A DNA stretch of 50,087 nt. Origin: Candidatus Geddesella stercoravicola. Lineage in GTDB: Bacteria; Bacillota; Clostridia; Oscillospirales; UBA644. The notes under the pieces are model-generated. The model was not told where the DNA came from. It did not search any database and was given only the letters and a program-made list of their open reading frames with translations. The DNA lies in NCBI GenBank assembly GCA_904398665.1, contig CAJFPG010000062.1:1-50087 (forward strand), written 5' to 3'. Within the stretch, counting starts at the first letter, position 1; every line of letters begins with the position of its first letter. Below, one piece after another: positions 40,359-50,087 of the stretch. Both the position numbers and the translations under genes were made by a program.

Positions 40359-41204
40359 ATGAAAGAGTTTAAGAAAATTTCTCTTTATTGTGTTCCTACG
40401 CCAATAGGAAATCTCTCCGATATGTCTCCGAGAGCTTTGGAAGTTTTGAGGACGGTTGATTTTATCGCCGCGGAGGACACCCGCAAAAGCGGGATTCTTC
40501 TTAAACATTTCGATGTGAAAAAACCTATGATAAGTTATTTTGAGCATAATCGCAAAGAGAGAGGCGAGATTATATTAAAGAGGCTTTCGGAAGGTGAGGT
40601 TTGCGCTCTTATTACGGATGCCGGAACGCCCGCGATTTCAGATCCCGGCGAAGAGCTTGTTAGACAATGTATCGAGATGGGGCTTAGAGTTTCTTCTCTT
40701 CCCGGACCATGCGCCGTCACGACCGCGCTTTCCATGTCTGGGCTTCCTACGGGAAGATTTTGTTTTGAGGGCTTTTTGAGTGTCGTTAAAAATGTCAGAG
40801 AAAAACATCTCGCGTCTCTTGAAGAGGAGCGGAGAACGATGGTTTTTTACGAGGCGCCGCACAAACTTAGGGATACTCTTATCGATATGTATAGACATTT
40901 CGGAGATAGAAAAATTTCTCTGGTCAGAGAAATATCAAAAATATATGAAGAGACGAAACTGACAACCTTATCGGAAGCCGCGAGTTATTATGAAAATAAT
41001 CTTCCGAAGGGAGAGTTTGTGCTCGTTGTCGAAGGTCTCGCGGAAAACAAGAGTCAAGAAATCGATCGTGAGATTTTGTCTTCCGAATTCGAGGAGCTTG
41101 TCCGAGAAGGGAGAACAAAGAGCGATGCGTCAAAGATTTTGGCCGACAGGCACGGATTAAGAAAAAGAGATATATACGAGCTTTTTAAAAATATAAGTAT
41201 CTAA
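40359..41204 (+). CDS. rsmI: 16S rRNA (cytidine1402-2'-O)-methyltransferase RsmI
   Basis: LYCVPTPIGNLSDMSPRALEVL, AAEDTR and TDAGTPAISDPG motifs (tetrapyrrole-methylase fold). ATG 40359. The track ORF starts at 40311. Confidence 0.9.
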   Translation: MKEFKKISLYCVPTPIGNLSDMSPRALEVLRTVDFIAAEDTRKSGILLKHFDVKKPMISYFEHNRKERGEIILKRLSEGEVCALITDAGTPAISDPGEELVRQCIEMGLRVSSLPGPCAVTTALSMSGLPTGRFCFEGFLSVVKNVREKHLASLEEERRTMVFYEAPHKLRDTLIDMYRHFGDRKISLVREISKIYEETKLTTLSEAASYYENNLPKGEFVLVVEGLAENKSQEIDREILSSEFEELVREGRTKSDASKILADRHGLRKRDIYELFKNISI

Positions 41205-42005
41205 TTTATATATTCGATATAATTTTTTATATGTATATAATTTATGTGTATATAATTCATATGTATATAATTTTATGCTTTCCCCCTTTTTAATAGATTT
41301 ATTAGCGTAATTATTATGTAAAAATGGTATTTGAAGCAGGTAAATATCTTTTTAATATATTTAAGATAATGGAATAGAGAAAAAATAGAAATATTAAGAA
41401 AAATATTTTATTTATAGTATGTTAGTAATTGAATATATATTAATTTATTTTGTTGGTAAATAATTGACGTTTGTTTATTGGATTTTATTTATCCAAATTT
41501 ATTTAAAGAATTATTAAATAAGTTAATAAAGTTAGACGCCGTATTTTTTGTTATAAAAAATCTGATATTTTAAAAATGTTATTAGATATATTAAGCTTTG
41601 ACACCTACCCATTTTTTTTGTTTTTTGCAATTGTTTTTTGATTTTTTATAAAAACGGTTATAGAAATTTCTATAAAGTTTCATTTGAAAAAATTTATATA
41701 TTGAGATATCTTAGGGCAATGTATAAAAACTACGACACATAATGGATTATTTAATATAAGTTTTGTTGGTAAGGAAGATAACATTTTAATTATTATGACT
41801 TTTTGTCGTCTCGACAATCTGATTTTGTTTGATGTTTGATAATGATGTTTTAATTTTTTTGATATTTTTTAATGTTTAGTTTTTTTTGTTTATGATTTTC
41901 AATTTTGCCGAGCGAATTGTTTGAATTTTTTTTGAACTTTCAACGCTTTTGTCCCGTAATACGTCTTTTATAGGCTAAAAAAACACAAATATATCTTTGC
42001 GGGAC

Positions 42006-42034
42006 TTGAAAAAATCATATAAATATTGTAAAAT
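42006..42034 (+). promoter_or_regulatory. Candidate promoter of the M23 peptidase gene
   Basis: TTGAAA (42006-42011), 17 nt spacer, TAAAAT (42029-42034). An imperfect inverted repeat GGTCAAT-ttctg-ATTGAC follows in the leader (42062-42079). Confidence 0.45.
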
Positions 42035-42145
42035 ATATTTTAAGCTGTAATTTAAGTTTACGGTCAATTTCTGATTGACGGACTTCTTCTTTATTTCTCG
42101 CGATATCTCTTATTATCAGAATGTCTGTTGAGGAAAGGATTTGCC

Positions 42146-43861
42146 ATGCCGCGTAATGTTCATATTGGTTCGGTACGTAAACGGAAGAACAAAAAGACTG
42201 TTTCCGAGATCTCTCGCTCTGATGTTAACGGCGCCGAATCATCAGCTAATCAAAGTAATGTTATTACCGTATTTAAAAGAAAAAAATATACTAAATTTTT
42301 AAAAAAGTTTTCCGATAGATTTAAGGATACGAAAGTTTTTGACATAGGCGCTTTTTTTAAGCGTAAATTTCACGAGTTCGTGGTTTTTTGCGTGGGGGAC
42401 AGGGATATTACGTTCAGAGAGTTCAGCGTTCGCCATGTAAGACCCGGATATTATCTTAGAAATGTTTTCGTGTATTCGATAAAAGTTTTTTGGCTTTTTG
42501 TCCGTGGAGTTTTTCGTATTCTTTTCCCTATTGTTACTCCGCTTTGCGGCGTCGCTATAATCGCCGTTTCTTGGTGGGCCTTATCGACTCATTCCGTCGC
42601 TCTTAGAGTGACTTTGAGCGGGGAAACTCTCGGGTATGTTTCGAGTGAGAGCGACTTTAATGAGATAAGCAATAAGGTGGCGGAGGATGTCCTTGCTAAA
42701 ACTGGGGAAAACTATGTTATGGACGAGTTGCCGTCTATGGAACTCTCTATTGTAAATAACGAGGATATTACCGAAGAGGACGAGATATATTCGGTATTGT
42801 CGTCTATGGCGGACGATTATATGGGAAAGACGTATGGATTCTTTCTCGACGGCGTCTTGGTCGCGACTTCTCGCGACGAGTCTGATTTTACAAAATTAAG
42901 AGAGGATCTTGTGGCATATTATCTCACGGGAGCCGAAGGGGAAACATGGGAACTTTTGAATGATTTTGAAATTGTAAGGGATTCTTATGATAGAAAATAT
43001 CTAAGTACTTACTCAGATTTGTGGTCGATGTTCACTAAACCGGTCGAAAGCGTTAAACATACGGTTGTTTTAGAGGACGAGTGGGAAACTTTGTCCGAAG
43101 ATTATGATATTCCCGTCGCGATTTTAAAGCTTATGAATCCCGATGTGTCAACGCTTACTGTCGGCGATGAGATTGAGGTGGGCAAACCGGCGTATCAGCT
43201 TTCCGTGCAAACGACGCGTTTGATATATTATACGGAATCTATTCCATATACGACGGTATATATAGATAACGATTCCATTTACGAGGGCAATACCGCCGTT
43301 AAAACTGCCGGTTCTTCCGGAAGTTATAGCGTAACCGCGGAAGTTGTGACGGTTAACGGAGTTGAAACTGAAAGAGTTGTAACTGACAGAGTTCAAACTG
43401 TCGCTCCCGTCAACAGAGAAATATACGTCGGGACAAGAACGATATCTCCTTCCGGAAGCTTTATTTTTCCGGTTTCTTCAAGCGGATATCATTATAAGTC
43501 GTCTAATTTCGGTTGGCGAACGTTGTACGGCTCGTCGAATTATCATCGCGGAGTTGATCTCGCAGCAAGGTACGGGACTGCCATATATGCCGCCGACGCG
43601 GGCACTGTTATATCTTACGGTTGGGATCCTTACGGGGCTCTCGGATATCAGATTAAGATAGATCACGGAAACGGTATTGTGTCCGTATACGGCCATTGCT
43701 CGCGACTTTCTTCGAATGTTTATCTTGGAAAAAGAGTTTATCAGGGAGAAGTTATCGCGTATGTGGGCTCTACCGGGAACAGTACCGGAAATCATCTTCA
43801 TTTCGGGCTTTATTATTCGAGCAGCGGGACTTATTTTGATCCGTGGCCGTATATATCGTAG
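42146..43861 (+). CDS. Membrane-anchored LysM / G5 / M23 (LytM) metallopeptidase
   Basis: A basic cytoplasmic N-terminus is followed by a TM (LCGVAIIAVSWWAL). LysM-like segment: HTVVLEDEWETLSEDYDIPVAILKLMNP. G5-like segment: VKTAGSSGSYSVTAEVVTVNGVETER. M23 motifs: HRGVDLAA and GNSTGNHLHF. Confidence 0.85.
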   Translation: MPRNVHIGSVRKRKNKKTVSEISRSDVNGAESSANQSNVITVFKRKKYTKFLKKFSDRFKDTKVFDIGAFFKRKFHEFVVFCVGDRDITFREFSVRHVRPGYYLRNVFVYSIKVFWLFVRGVFRILFPIVTPLCGVAIIAVSWWALSTHSVALRVTLSGETLGYVSSESDFNEISNKVAEDVLAKTGENYVMDELPSMELSIVNNEDITEEDEIYSVLSSMADDYMGKTYGFFLDGVLVATSRDESDFTKLREDLVAYYLTGAEGETWELLNDFEIVRDSYDRKYLSTYSDLWSMFTKPVESVKHTVVLEDEWETLSEDYDIPVAILKLMNPDVSTLTVGDEIEVGKPAYQLSVQTTRLIYYTESIPYTTVYIDNDSIYEGNTAVKTAGSSGSYSVTAEVVTVNGVETERVVTDRVQTVAPVNREIYVGTRTISPSGSFIFPVSSSGYHYKSSNFGWRTLYGSSNYHRGVDLAARYGTAIYAADAGTVISYGWDPYGALGYQIKIDHGNGIVSVYGHCSRLSSNVYLGKRVYQGEVIAYVGSTGNSTGNHLHFGLYYSSSGTYFDPWPYIS

Positions 43862-44122
43862 TATTTTTCAGAATATAGTTTTATTATCATATTAATTCAT
43901 ATTAGTCTTATTAGTTCATATTAGTCTTATCGTGATGTTATAGATATTAAATGTATCTCTTTTGATTTTATTCAGGCGTTGTTTAAAAATTTATAAAAAT
44001 GAGGGCGTTTAATCGAGTGTCTTCTTTTTAGTTATTTTTTGACTTGGTTGAGATTTCATCTTAGTTTTACCGTAAAATTTCTCGGAGGTATCCGATTATC
44101 AATATTTAAGAGGGCTGAATTT

Positions 44123-45427
44123 ATGGAAAAATATGTTATTTCCGGAGGGAAGACTCTCAACGGGGACGTTTTTATCAGCGGCGGAAAGAACGCCGCGGTG
44201 GCTATAATTCCCGCGACCGTTATGGTTCGCGGAACTTGTGTGATTGAAAATATGCCGAATATCACTGATGTTAGGCTTCTTTTGTCTATGCTTAAAGATA
44301 TGGGCGCCGACGTCGAGTTTTTAGCTCCCGGTATCGTGAGAGTGAATTGTTCGAATATAAATAGCTTTGTGTCGGATCATGAGGGCGTCAGGAAAATACG
44401 AGCGTCTTATTATTTTATGGGCTCTCTTCTCGGTAGATTTTCCGCGGCTCGTGTCGGGCTTCCGGGAGGTTGTGATTTTGGGGTCAGACCCATAGATCAG
44501 CATATGAAGGGTTTTGAGGCTCTCGGCGCTGAGATTTCAATAGAACATGGGATTGTGAATATGAAAGCGGAAAAACTCGTGGGAACTTCGATATATCTTG
44601 ACACGAGAAGTGTCGGAGCCACTATAAATATAGTGCTCGCCGCTACTCTTGCCGAGGGCACGACTGTCATAGAAAACGCTTGCAGAGAACCCCATATAGT
44701 CGATACCGCTAACTTTTTGAATACTATGGGCGCTGATATCAAAGGGGCAGGAACTGACGTTATTAAAATAAAGGGAGTGAAATCCCTTCACGGAGGAAAG
44801 TATTCTATAATTCCGGACCAGATAGAGGCGGGAACATATATGGTGGCCGCCGCGGCGACGGGAGGAAAAGTAGCGGTTAGAAATATAATTCCGAAACATA
44901 TGGAAACGGTCAGCGCGAAACTTACCGAAATAGGCGTTACTGTGGAAGAGTTTGACGATTATATAGTGGTTTCCAGAGACCCCGCTAAAAAATTAATGAA
45001 AACTAAAATAAAGACAATGCCTTATCCTGGGTTTCCGACTGACATGCAGCCGCAATTATCCGCGCTTTTATGTCTCGCGGAGGGGACTTCTATTGTTACC
45101 GAAGGCGTTTGGGATAATCGTTTCAGATACATAGAAGAACTTCGTAAACTCGGGGCAAAAGCCGATGTTGACGGGAAAATCTGTGTAATAGAGGGTGTCG
45201 ACCGATTTTTGGGGGCGAAGGTTCACGCGTGCGATTTACGCGCCGGAGCGGCAATGGTGATCGCGGGCCTTTGCGCCGAGGGAATAACCGAAGTTTCGGA
45301 TATAAAATATGTGGAGCGAGGTTATGAGAATTTTGTCGAGAAACTTCGAAAACTTGGAGCTAATATTTCTAAGGAAAAAGATGACGAAGCCGAACCGGAA
45401 GATTCGAAGTTTTGCGACGTAGGTTAA
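44123..45427 (+). CDS. murA: UDP-N-acetylglucosamine 1-carboxyvinyltransferase
   Basis: MEKYVISGGKTLNGDVFISGGKNAA start. The active-site loop LPGGCDFGVRPIDQH has Cys present. 434 aa with a short acidic tail. The track ORF starts at 44039. Confidence 0.95.
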   Translation: MEKYVISGGKTLNGDVFISGGKNAAVAIIPATVMVRGTCVIENMPNITDVRLLLSMLKDMGADVEFLAPGIVRVNCSNINSFVSDHEGVRKIRASYYFMGSLLGRFSAARVGLPGGCDFGVRPIDQHMKGFEALGAEISIEHGIVNMKAEKLVGTSIYLDTRSVGATINIVLAATLAEGTTVIENACREPHIVDTANFLNTMGADIKGAGTDVIKIKGVKSLHGGKYSIIPDQIEAGTYMVAAAATGGKVAVRNIIPKHMETVSAKLTEIGVTVEEFDDYIVVSRDPAKKLMKTKIKTMPYPGFPTDMQPQLSALLCLAEGTSIVTEGVWDNRFRYIEELRKLGAKADVDGKICVIEGVDRFLGAKVHACDLRAGAAMVIAGLCAEGITEVSDIKYVERGYENFVEKLRKLGANISKEKDDEAEPEDSKFCDVG

Positions 45428-45535
45428 GATTCATATTACGGTTAAGGTTAAGATTAAGATTTAGATTTAGAGTTAGATTTAGATTACGGTTAAGATTAAA
45501 ATTAGCATTAGGATTCAAGTTTTAGGTCTAGTTAG
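45423..45535. repeat. Degenerate hexanucleotide array (RTTARR / GAT-TWA, ~17 units) starting at the murA stop codon
   Basis: gttaag attcat attacg gttaag gttaag attaag atttag atttag agttag atttag attacg gttaag attaaa attagc attagg attcaa. The period of 6 was read directly. Confidence 0.7.
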
Positions 45536-45655
45536 AGTCAAGAAGAATATTAAATATAAATATTTTAGATTTATATTTAATTAGAATAATATAATTAAAA
45601 TAATATAATAGAGATTTATATTTTGGGTTCAGTTAAAATTAATTGTAGGTTAAGT

Positions 45656-46426
45656 ATGTCAAACGTAAGAGCTTGTACTATATGCAGCGGGAGCAGCGCT
45701 AACGCCGTATACATAGAGATAGACGGAGAAGCCGTTCTTATAGACGCGGGTTGTAACATAAAGAGAATTTCTTCTTTTCTTTATGAAATCGGAGTGTTTT
45801 TTCGCGATATTAAAGCGGTTTTTATCACTCACGAGCATTGCGATCATATAAAATGCGTCTCGTCTCTCGTAAGGAGAAAAATTCCCATTATAGCGAATCG
45901 CGCCACTTTAAATAATATAAAGGCGTTCAAGCCGAGCATCGACGATTCTTTTTTCAGGGAAATGCCGACGGGGTTTACCGCGAGAAACGGGAATTTTACC
46001 GTTACCTCTTTCAAGACAAGTCATGATTGCGTGGAGAGCGTCGGTTATGTTGTTAAGACCGATAAGGGTAATATTGGGGTATTTACCGATCTCGGAGTTT
46101 ACGACGATAATATTGTTTCCGCGATTTCAGGCTGCAAACTTGTTTTTATCGAGGCTAACCACGACGAGGAAATGCTTTGGAACGGAAGATATCCTTATCC
46201 GCTTAAACAACGTATAGCAGGTAATCGCGGTCATCTTTCAAACGAGCAGTGCGGAAAGCTTTTAGCGGAATGCGGCGACGGAGTCAAATTCGCGGTTCTC
46301 TCTCATTTAAGCAAAGAAAATAATACTCCCGAGAAAGCTTTGAGCGACGTTTCTAAATATCTTTCCGGAAATATCATTTTGTCGGTCGCGCCTAGAAGAG
46401 AACCTTCCGATTTTATAATTTTATGA
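45656..46426 (+). CDS. MBL-fold metallo-hydrolase (YycJ/WalJ-like)
   Basis: HEHCDH motif, later H and D ligands (SHDCVES, EANHD, GHLS). It lies upstream of rlmH, as yycJ does in Bacillus. ATG 45656. The track ORF starts at 45623. Confidence 0.82.
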   Translation: MSNVRACTICSGSSANAVYIEIDGEAVLIDAGCNIKRISSFLYEIGVFFRDIKAVFITHEHCDHIKCVSSLVRRKIPIIANRATLNNIKAFKPSIDDSFFREMPTGFTARNGNFTVTSFKTSHDCVESVGYVVKTDKGNIGVFTDLGVYDDNIVSAISGCKLVFIEANHDEEMLWNGRYPYPLKQRIAGNRGHLSNEQCGKLLAECGDGVKFAVLSHLSKENNTPEKALSDVSKYLSGNIILSVAPRREPSDFIIL

Positions 46427-46715
46427 GAAAAAGTCGTCGTATTATTTCTATTTTGAGATTTGAGAAAAATCCATCGTTTTTTATTTTGGGATTTAATTTA
46501 ATAATTTAAATAAAATATATTGAAAATTGATTTTGGCCAAATGGTAATCGTTTTGAGTTTATTGATTTGGATTTTCTGTTTTTGAAAGTTATGAAAACAG
46601 TTATTCGAGGCAAATTATTTAAGGTTTATTGTTTCGGTTAATTTTTTTTGCTTTAATTTTCACTTGCTTTTTCAGTTACTTTTATTATTTACAGTTTATT
46701 GTTGATGAGGAAAAT

Positions 46716-47150
46716 ATGTTGACCGTCCGATTGATTTGTGTGGGGAATTTAAAGGAGAAATATTGGCGAGACGCTTTTTCAGAATATGAAAAAAGGCTTT
46801 CTCGTTTTTGCCGATTTGAGACCGTTGAGATTCCGGAGAGCGAAATTGAACGAGAAGGAAATGAAATTCTGAAAAAGAAAGCTGGATATATTGCGGCTTT
46901 ATGTATAGAGGGGAAGGCTCTTTCATCGGAGGATTTCGCGAAGTTTATAGAGAGAAAAAGTTTTGATTTTTCCAAATTTACTTTTATAATAGGCGGTTCG
47001 ACAGGTCTTTCAGAAAAAGTGAAGGAGGCTTCCGACATTAAAATCTCATTTTCTCCTATGACGTTTCCTCACCAGCTTATGAGAGTGATTTTTTCAGAGC
47101 AGCTTTATCGCGCGTTTACAATTTTGAATAACGTGACATATCATAAATAA
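46716..47150 (+). CDS. rlmH: 23S rRNA (pseudouridine1915-N3)-methyltransferase RlmH
   Basis: VRLICVGNLKEKYWRDAFSEYEKRL, IIGGSTGL and PHQLMRVIFSEQLYRAF (SPOUT fold). ATG 46716. The upstream part of the track ORF is F/Y-rich junk. Confidence 0.9.
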   Translation: MLTVRLICVGNLKEKYWRDAFSEYEKRLSRFCRFETVEIPESEIEREGNEILKKKAGYIAALCIEGKALSSEDFAKFIERKSFDFSKFTFIIGGSTGLSEKVKEASDIKISFSPMTFPHQLMRVIFSEQLYRAFTILNNVTYHK

Positions 47151-47165
47151 GCGGGAGGCGTTTTT

Positions 47166-47426
47166 GTGAAAGAAATAGAATTTAAACCGAAGGGCGTTTG
47201 TTCAAGGCTTATAAAAGCGGCGGTCGACGATGACGGCAGAATCATTTTCGCTTCTTTTTCCGGTGGCTGCGCCGGAAATACCGCCGGAATATCGAAACTT
47301 GTCGCCGGAATGAAAATCGACGACGTAATATCTCGTTTGAAAGGCACTAAATGCGGCTTTAAAGGCACTTCCTGTCCGGATCAGCTCGCGACTGCGCTAG
47401 AAGAGCTTAAAAATAAGAATGATTAG
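47166..47426 (+). CDS. TSCPD-domain small protein (TIGR03905-like 4-Cys protein)
   Basis: 86 aa with GGCAGNTAGISKL and the literal TSCPDQLA motif. GTG start after GGGAGG. Confidence 0.8.
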   Translation: MKEIEFKPKGVCSRLIKAAVDDDGRIIFASFSGGCAGNTAGISKLVAGMKIDDVISRLKGTKCGFKGTSCPDQLATALEELKNKND

Positions 47427-48009
47427 TTTAAAAAGCGTATATATTCTTAAAATACTTAATATATAATTCAAAAGTTATCTAAAAAGATTTTTTTTGTTGT
47501 TTAAAGTCCCCCTCAGAAAAAATAGGTCGCGAATGAATAAACGTGGCTATCTTTAAGTTAAGTATCCGCGGATATAAAGAGTTACGATATATTAAAACGG
47601 ATAATAAAAAAATATAAATAAAATATAGTACGTAAAAACGGAAATAAAAATTAAGGAGAAAAATAAACAAATCAAAAAATAGTACGGGAAAAAGCAGAAT
47701 AAGAGTGTTAAAATAATTAAATAATTATTATATTCCATTGTTATTGGATATAATGAGGTAATTTTTATAAATCAACAAACGGCAAATAGAAAGTTATAGA
47801 ATGATATATAAAATGATATATAGAATAATAATATAAATTATGGAAATATAAATCTATAAAAATTATAAAGTCGTAGAATTATAAGATTATATTTGGATTA
47901 TATTGCGAGAAAATCAACCATATTAGTCAATCAAAATGGCTGGCAAGCCAGTTGAACAACCAACATACAACTGACAGACAGAGATAAATTCTGAAAAGGG
48001 GAAAATGAA

Positions 48010-49689
48010 GTGAGTTATCAGGAAGTTTATGAAAAATGGCTTAACAGCCCGGTTCTCGATGAAGAGGCGAAAGCCGAGCTTCGCGGTATTGATGAGGAAG
48101 AAAAAAAAGATAGATTCGATTCTTACCTTAAATTTGGAACCGCGGGGCTCAGAGGTCTTTTAGGTATCGGGAGCCGGCGTATGAATATTTATACCGTTCG
48201 TCTTGCGACTCAGGCTATAGCTAATGTGATTTTAAACGAAGGAGATGCCGCGAGAGAGCGAGGCGTCGCCGTAGCTTACGATTGCCGTATTATGTCTCGG
48301 GAGTTCGCGGAAGAGGTTTGTTCTGTTTTCGCGGCGAATAAAATAAAATCTTTTTGTTTTAATTCTTTACGGCCTACTCCCGAACTCTCTTTCGCTGTTA
48401 GAGAGCTTTCATGTTTCGCGGGTATAAATATAACCGCTTCTCATAATCCGAAAGAGTATAACGGTTATAAAGTATATTGGTCGGACGGGGCTCAAATAGA
48501 GGAGAAGCAAGCGGACGCCATATTGTCTTTTATGAACTCTCTCGATATTTTTGAAGACGTAAAAATAGCCGACGCAAAAACGACGGCGAATTATAAAACC
48601 GAGCTCGGGGAAGATTTTGACGATAAATATCTTGAAAAAGTTCTCGCTCAGAGAATAAACGCGGAGGTTATAAACGAAGAAAAAGATATGAAAATCGTAT
48701 ATACTCCTTTTCATGGAACGGGATATCGTCTTGTTCCCGAGATTTTGCGTCGAGCCGGATTTGAGAACGTTATTTGCGTGGAGGAACAGATGATTCCCGA
48801 TGGGCGTTTCCCGACGGTAAAATCTCCTAATCCCGAAAACAAAAAGAGCTTTGAAATGGCGATAAAACTCGCGGAGAAAACAGGAAGCGAGCTTGTTATA
48901 GGAACAGATCCGGACGCCGACAGAGTCGGCGTATGTGTGAGGGACGACAAAGGGGAGTTCGTCCCTTTGACGGGAAATCAGACGGGCGCTATACTTCTTG
49001 AATATTTGATAAACGCGAGGAGACATAACGGAACTCTGCCGAAGAACGCCTGCGTTGTAAAGACTATTGTTACGTCAGAACTCGGAACTCGAATTTGCGA
49101 GAAGAACGGGGTTTCGATAATGAACGTTCTTACGGGTTTTAAGTTCATCGGCGAAAAAATGGAAATGTTTGAAAAAACCGGTGAATATACATATCTTTTC
49201 GGATACGAGGAAAGTTACGGTTGTCTTATAGGGGATTACGCCCGTGATAAGGACGCGGTCGTCGCCAGTATGATGATTTGTGAGACCGCCGCGTTTTACG
49301 CCAAACAAGGAAAAACTCTCTGGAACGCTCTTAAAGAGATATTTAAAAAATATGGTTATCATTCCGAAAGTGTCTTTAATATCTCAATGGCCGGCGTCGG
49401 GGCTCTGGAAAAGATGCAGAAATTTATGAAAAATCTGAGGGAGCACCCCGCGGAAAAAATAGGAGGAATAAAGGTCGGCGAGGTCCTTGATTTCTCCGAG
49501 GGGATTTGGGGGCTTCCCAAATCGAACGTATTATATTACCGACTTGTCGAGAATTCGGTGGTGGTGGTTCGTCCTTCTGGAACCGAGCCGAAAATTAAGG
49601 TGTATTTTATGACTAACGGTAAAACTCGGGAAGAAGCTGAGAGCCGAGTCGAGGCTCTTAGAAAAGATTTTTGCAAACAAATAGATTGA
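48010..49689 (+). CDS. pgcA: Phosphoglucomutase / phosphomannomutase family protein (PgcA-like)
   Basis: Phosphoserine loop TASHNPKEYNGYKVY, metal loop GTDPDADR, sugar loop GYEESYG and phosphate loop RPSGTEPKIKVY. GTG start after AAGGGGA. Confidence 0.92.
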   Translation: MSYQEVYEKWLNSPVLDEEAKAELRGIDEEEKKDRFDSYLKFGTAGLRGLLGIGSRRMNIYTVRLATQAIANVILNEGDAARERGVAVAYDCRIMSREFAEEVCSVFAANKIKSFCFNSLRPTPELSFAVRELSCFAGINITASHNPKEYNGYKVYWSDGAQIEEKQADAILSFMNSLDIFEDVKIADAKTTANYKTELGEDFDDKYLEKVLAQRINAEVINEEKDMKIVYTPFHGTGYRLVPEILRRAGFENVICVEEQMIPDGRFPTVKSPNPENKKSFEMAIKLAEKTGSELVIGTDPDADRVGVCVRDDKGEFVPLTGNQTGAILLEYLINARRHNGTLPKNACVVKTIVTSELGTRICEKNGVSIMNVLTGFKFIGEKMEMFEKTGEYTYLFGYEESYGCLIGDYARDKDAVVASMMICETAAFYAKQGKTLWNALKEIFKKYGYHSESVFNISMAGVGALEKMQKFMKNLREHPAEKIGGIKVGEVLDFSEGIWGLPKSNVLYYRLVENSVVVVRPSGTEPKIKVYFMTNGKTREEAESRVEALRKDFCKQID

Positions 49690-49694
49690 TTGTC

Positions 49695-49722
49695 GCGGGA
49701 ACCGTTTTCGGTTTCCGCTTAT
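49695..49722 (+). terminator. Terminator of pgcA
   Basis: GCGGGAACCG-TTTT-CGGTTTCCGC (10-bp stem with one G-U pair), followed by TTATT, 6 nt after the stop. Confidence 0.7.
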
Positions 49723-49780
49723 TGCTAAAAGCAGATTGTTTCGCGGTATTTTTGATTATTTAGTATAATATTTTAATATT

Positions 49781-50087
49781 TATATACGGCTATATACGGC
49801 GTATACGGATAATTTATAAAAATTTGAGATTAAAAAACTTAAAACGTAGATTAGGTATTAAAAATTAAAATTTACGGCTCAAAAATTTAAAGCTTAAAGA
49901 TTGAAAATTAAACCTTAAATTTTGGAAATTAAGGTTCAGACTTAAAAATTACAAATTAAAGATTGAAAATTGAAACTTAATGATTAAAAATTAAAATTTA
50001 AAGATTAAAAATTTAAAATTAGAGTTTACGGCTTAGAAATTAAAATTTAAAGATTAAAAATTAGAGTTTACGACTTAGAAATTAAAA
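49781..50087. repeat. AT-rich satellite running off the window end (TATACGG x3, then ~42-bp units)
   Basis: tatatacggc tatatacggc gtatacgg at 49781-49808. The AGAGTTTACGRCTTAGAAATTAAAA core recurs at 50021 and 50063, giving ~42-bp units, and a related copy (TTTACGGCTC) lies at 49871. The array is truncated by the window edge. Confidence 0.7.

Noticed and set aside
41900-42145. c-di-AMP (ydaO-type) or other riboswitch upstream of the LysM/M23 peptidase gene
   Set aside because: The leader is short and AT-rich and has only one small imperfect hairpin. I could not recognise any of the conserved GC-rich helices of that class.
45425-45535. Stop-codon reassignment or read-through extending MurA through the hexamer array
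   Set aside because: All conserved genes in the window terminate at the expected lengths with TAA, TGA or TAG under the standard code. The array contains both TAA and TAG in frame. A neutral microsatellite is the simpler explanation.

Overview
This is a chromosomal window dominated by housekeeping genes. It looks like a Bacillota (Firmicutes), Clostridia-like bacterium. That is inferred from B. subtilis-type synteny (yhbY-nadD-yqeK-rsfS-leuS, smc-ftsY, holB-ricT-yabB-rsmI, yycJ-rlmH), a T-box leader on thrS and an rnfCDGEAB operon. Left to right: a GldA/F/G-like ABC cassette with a DUF4340-like partner; an F1Fo ATP synthase operon on the minus strand (atpB, atpE, atpF, delta'-alpha fusion, atpG, atpD, atpC); thrS with its T-box; a GH2 glycosidase; leuS; a NadD-YqeK-RsfS fusion; yhbY; rdgB; ftsY; smc; rpmB; rnfCDGEAB; holB; ricT; a 2x[4Fe-4S] ferredoxin; a yabB-like methyltransferase; rsmI; a LysM/G5/M23 peptidase; murA; an MBL hydrolase; rlmH; a TSCPD protein; a phosphohexomutase. 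I found no rRNA or tRNA genes, CRISPR array, transposase, integrase, phage genes or recognisable defence or toxin genes, so I do not claim a new multi-gene system. The unusual features are architectural. (1) The ATP synthase operon has no free-standing delta gene; a delta C-terminal-domain module is fused to alpha. Its c subunit has a signal-peptide-like extension, and about 0.6 kb of decayed ~58-bp tandem repeats separates atpB from atpE. (2) NadD, YqeK and RsfS form a single ORF. (3) Operons are separated by unusually long, very AT-rich, ORF-free spacers of 0.4-1.5 kb, about 19 % of the window by hand tally. These spacers hold several different tandem-repeat arrays that share words such as TTACGG and TTAGATT. 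(4) Many core proteins carry low-complexity charged tails. All calls come from reading the sequence and the ORF track. No database search was run.
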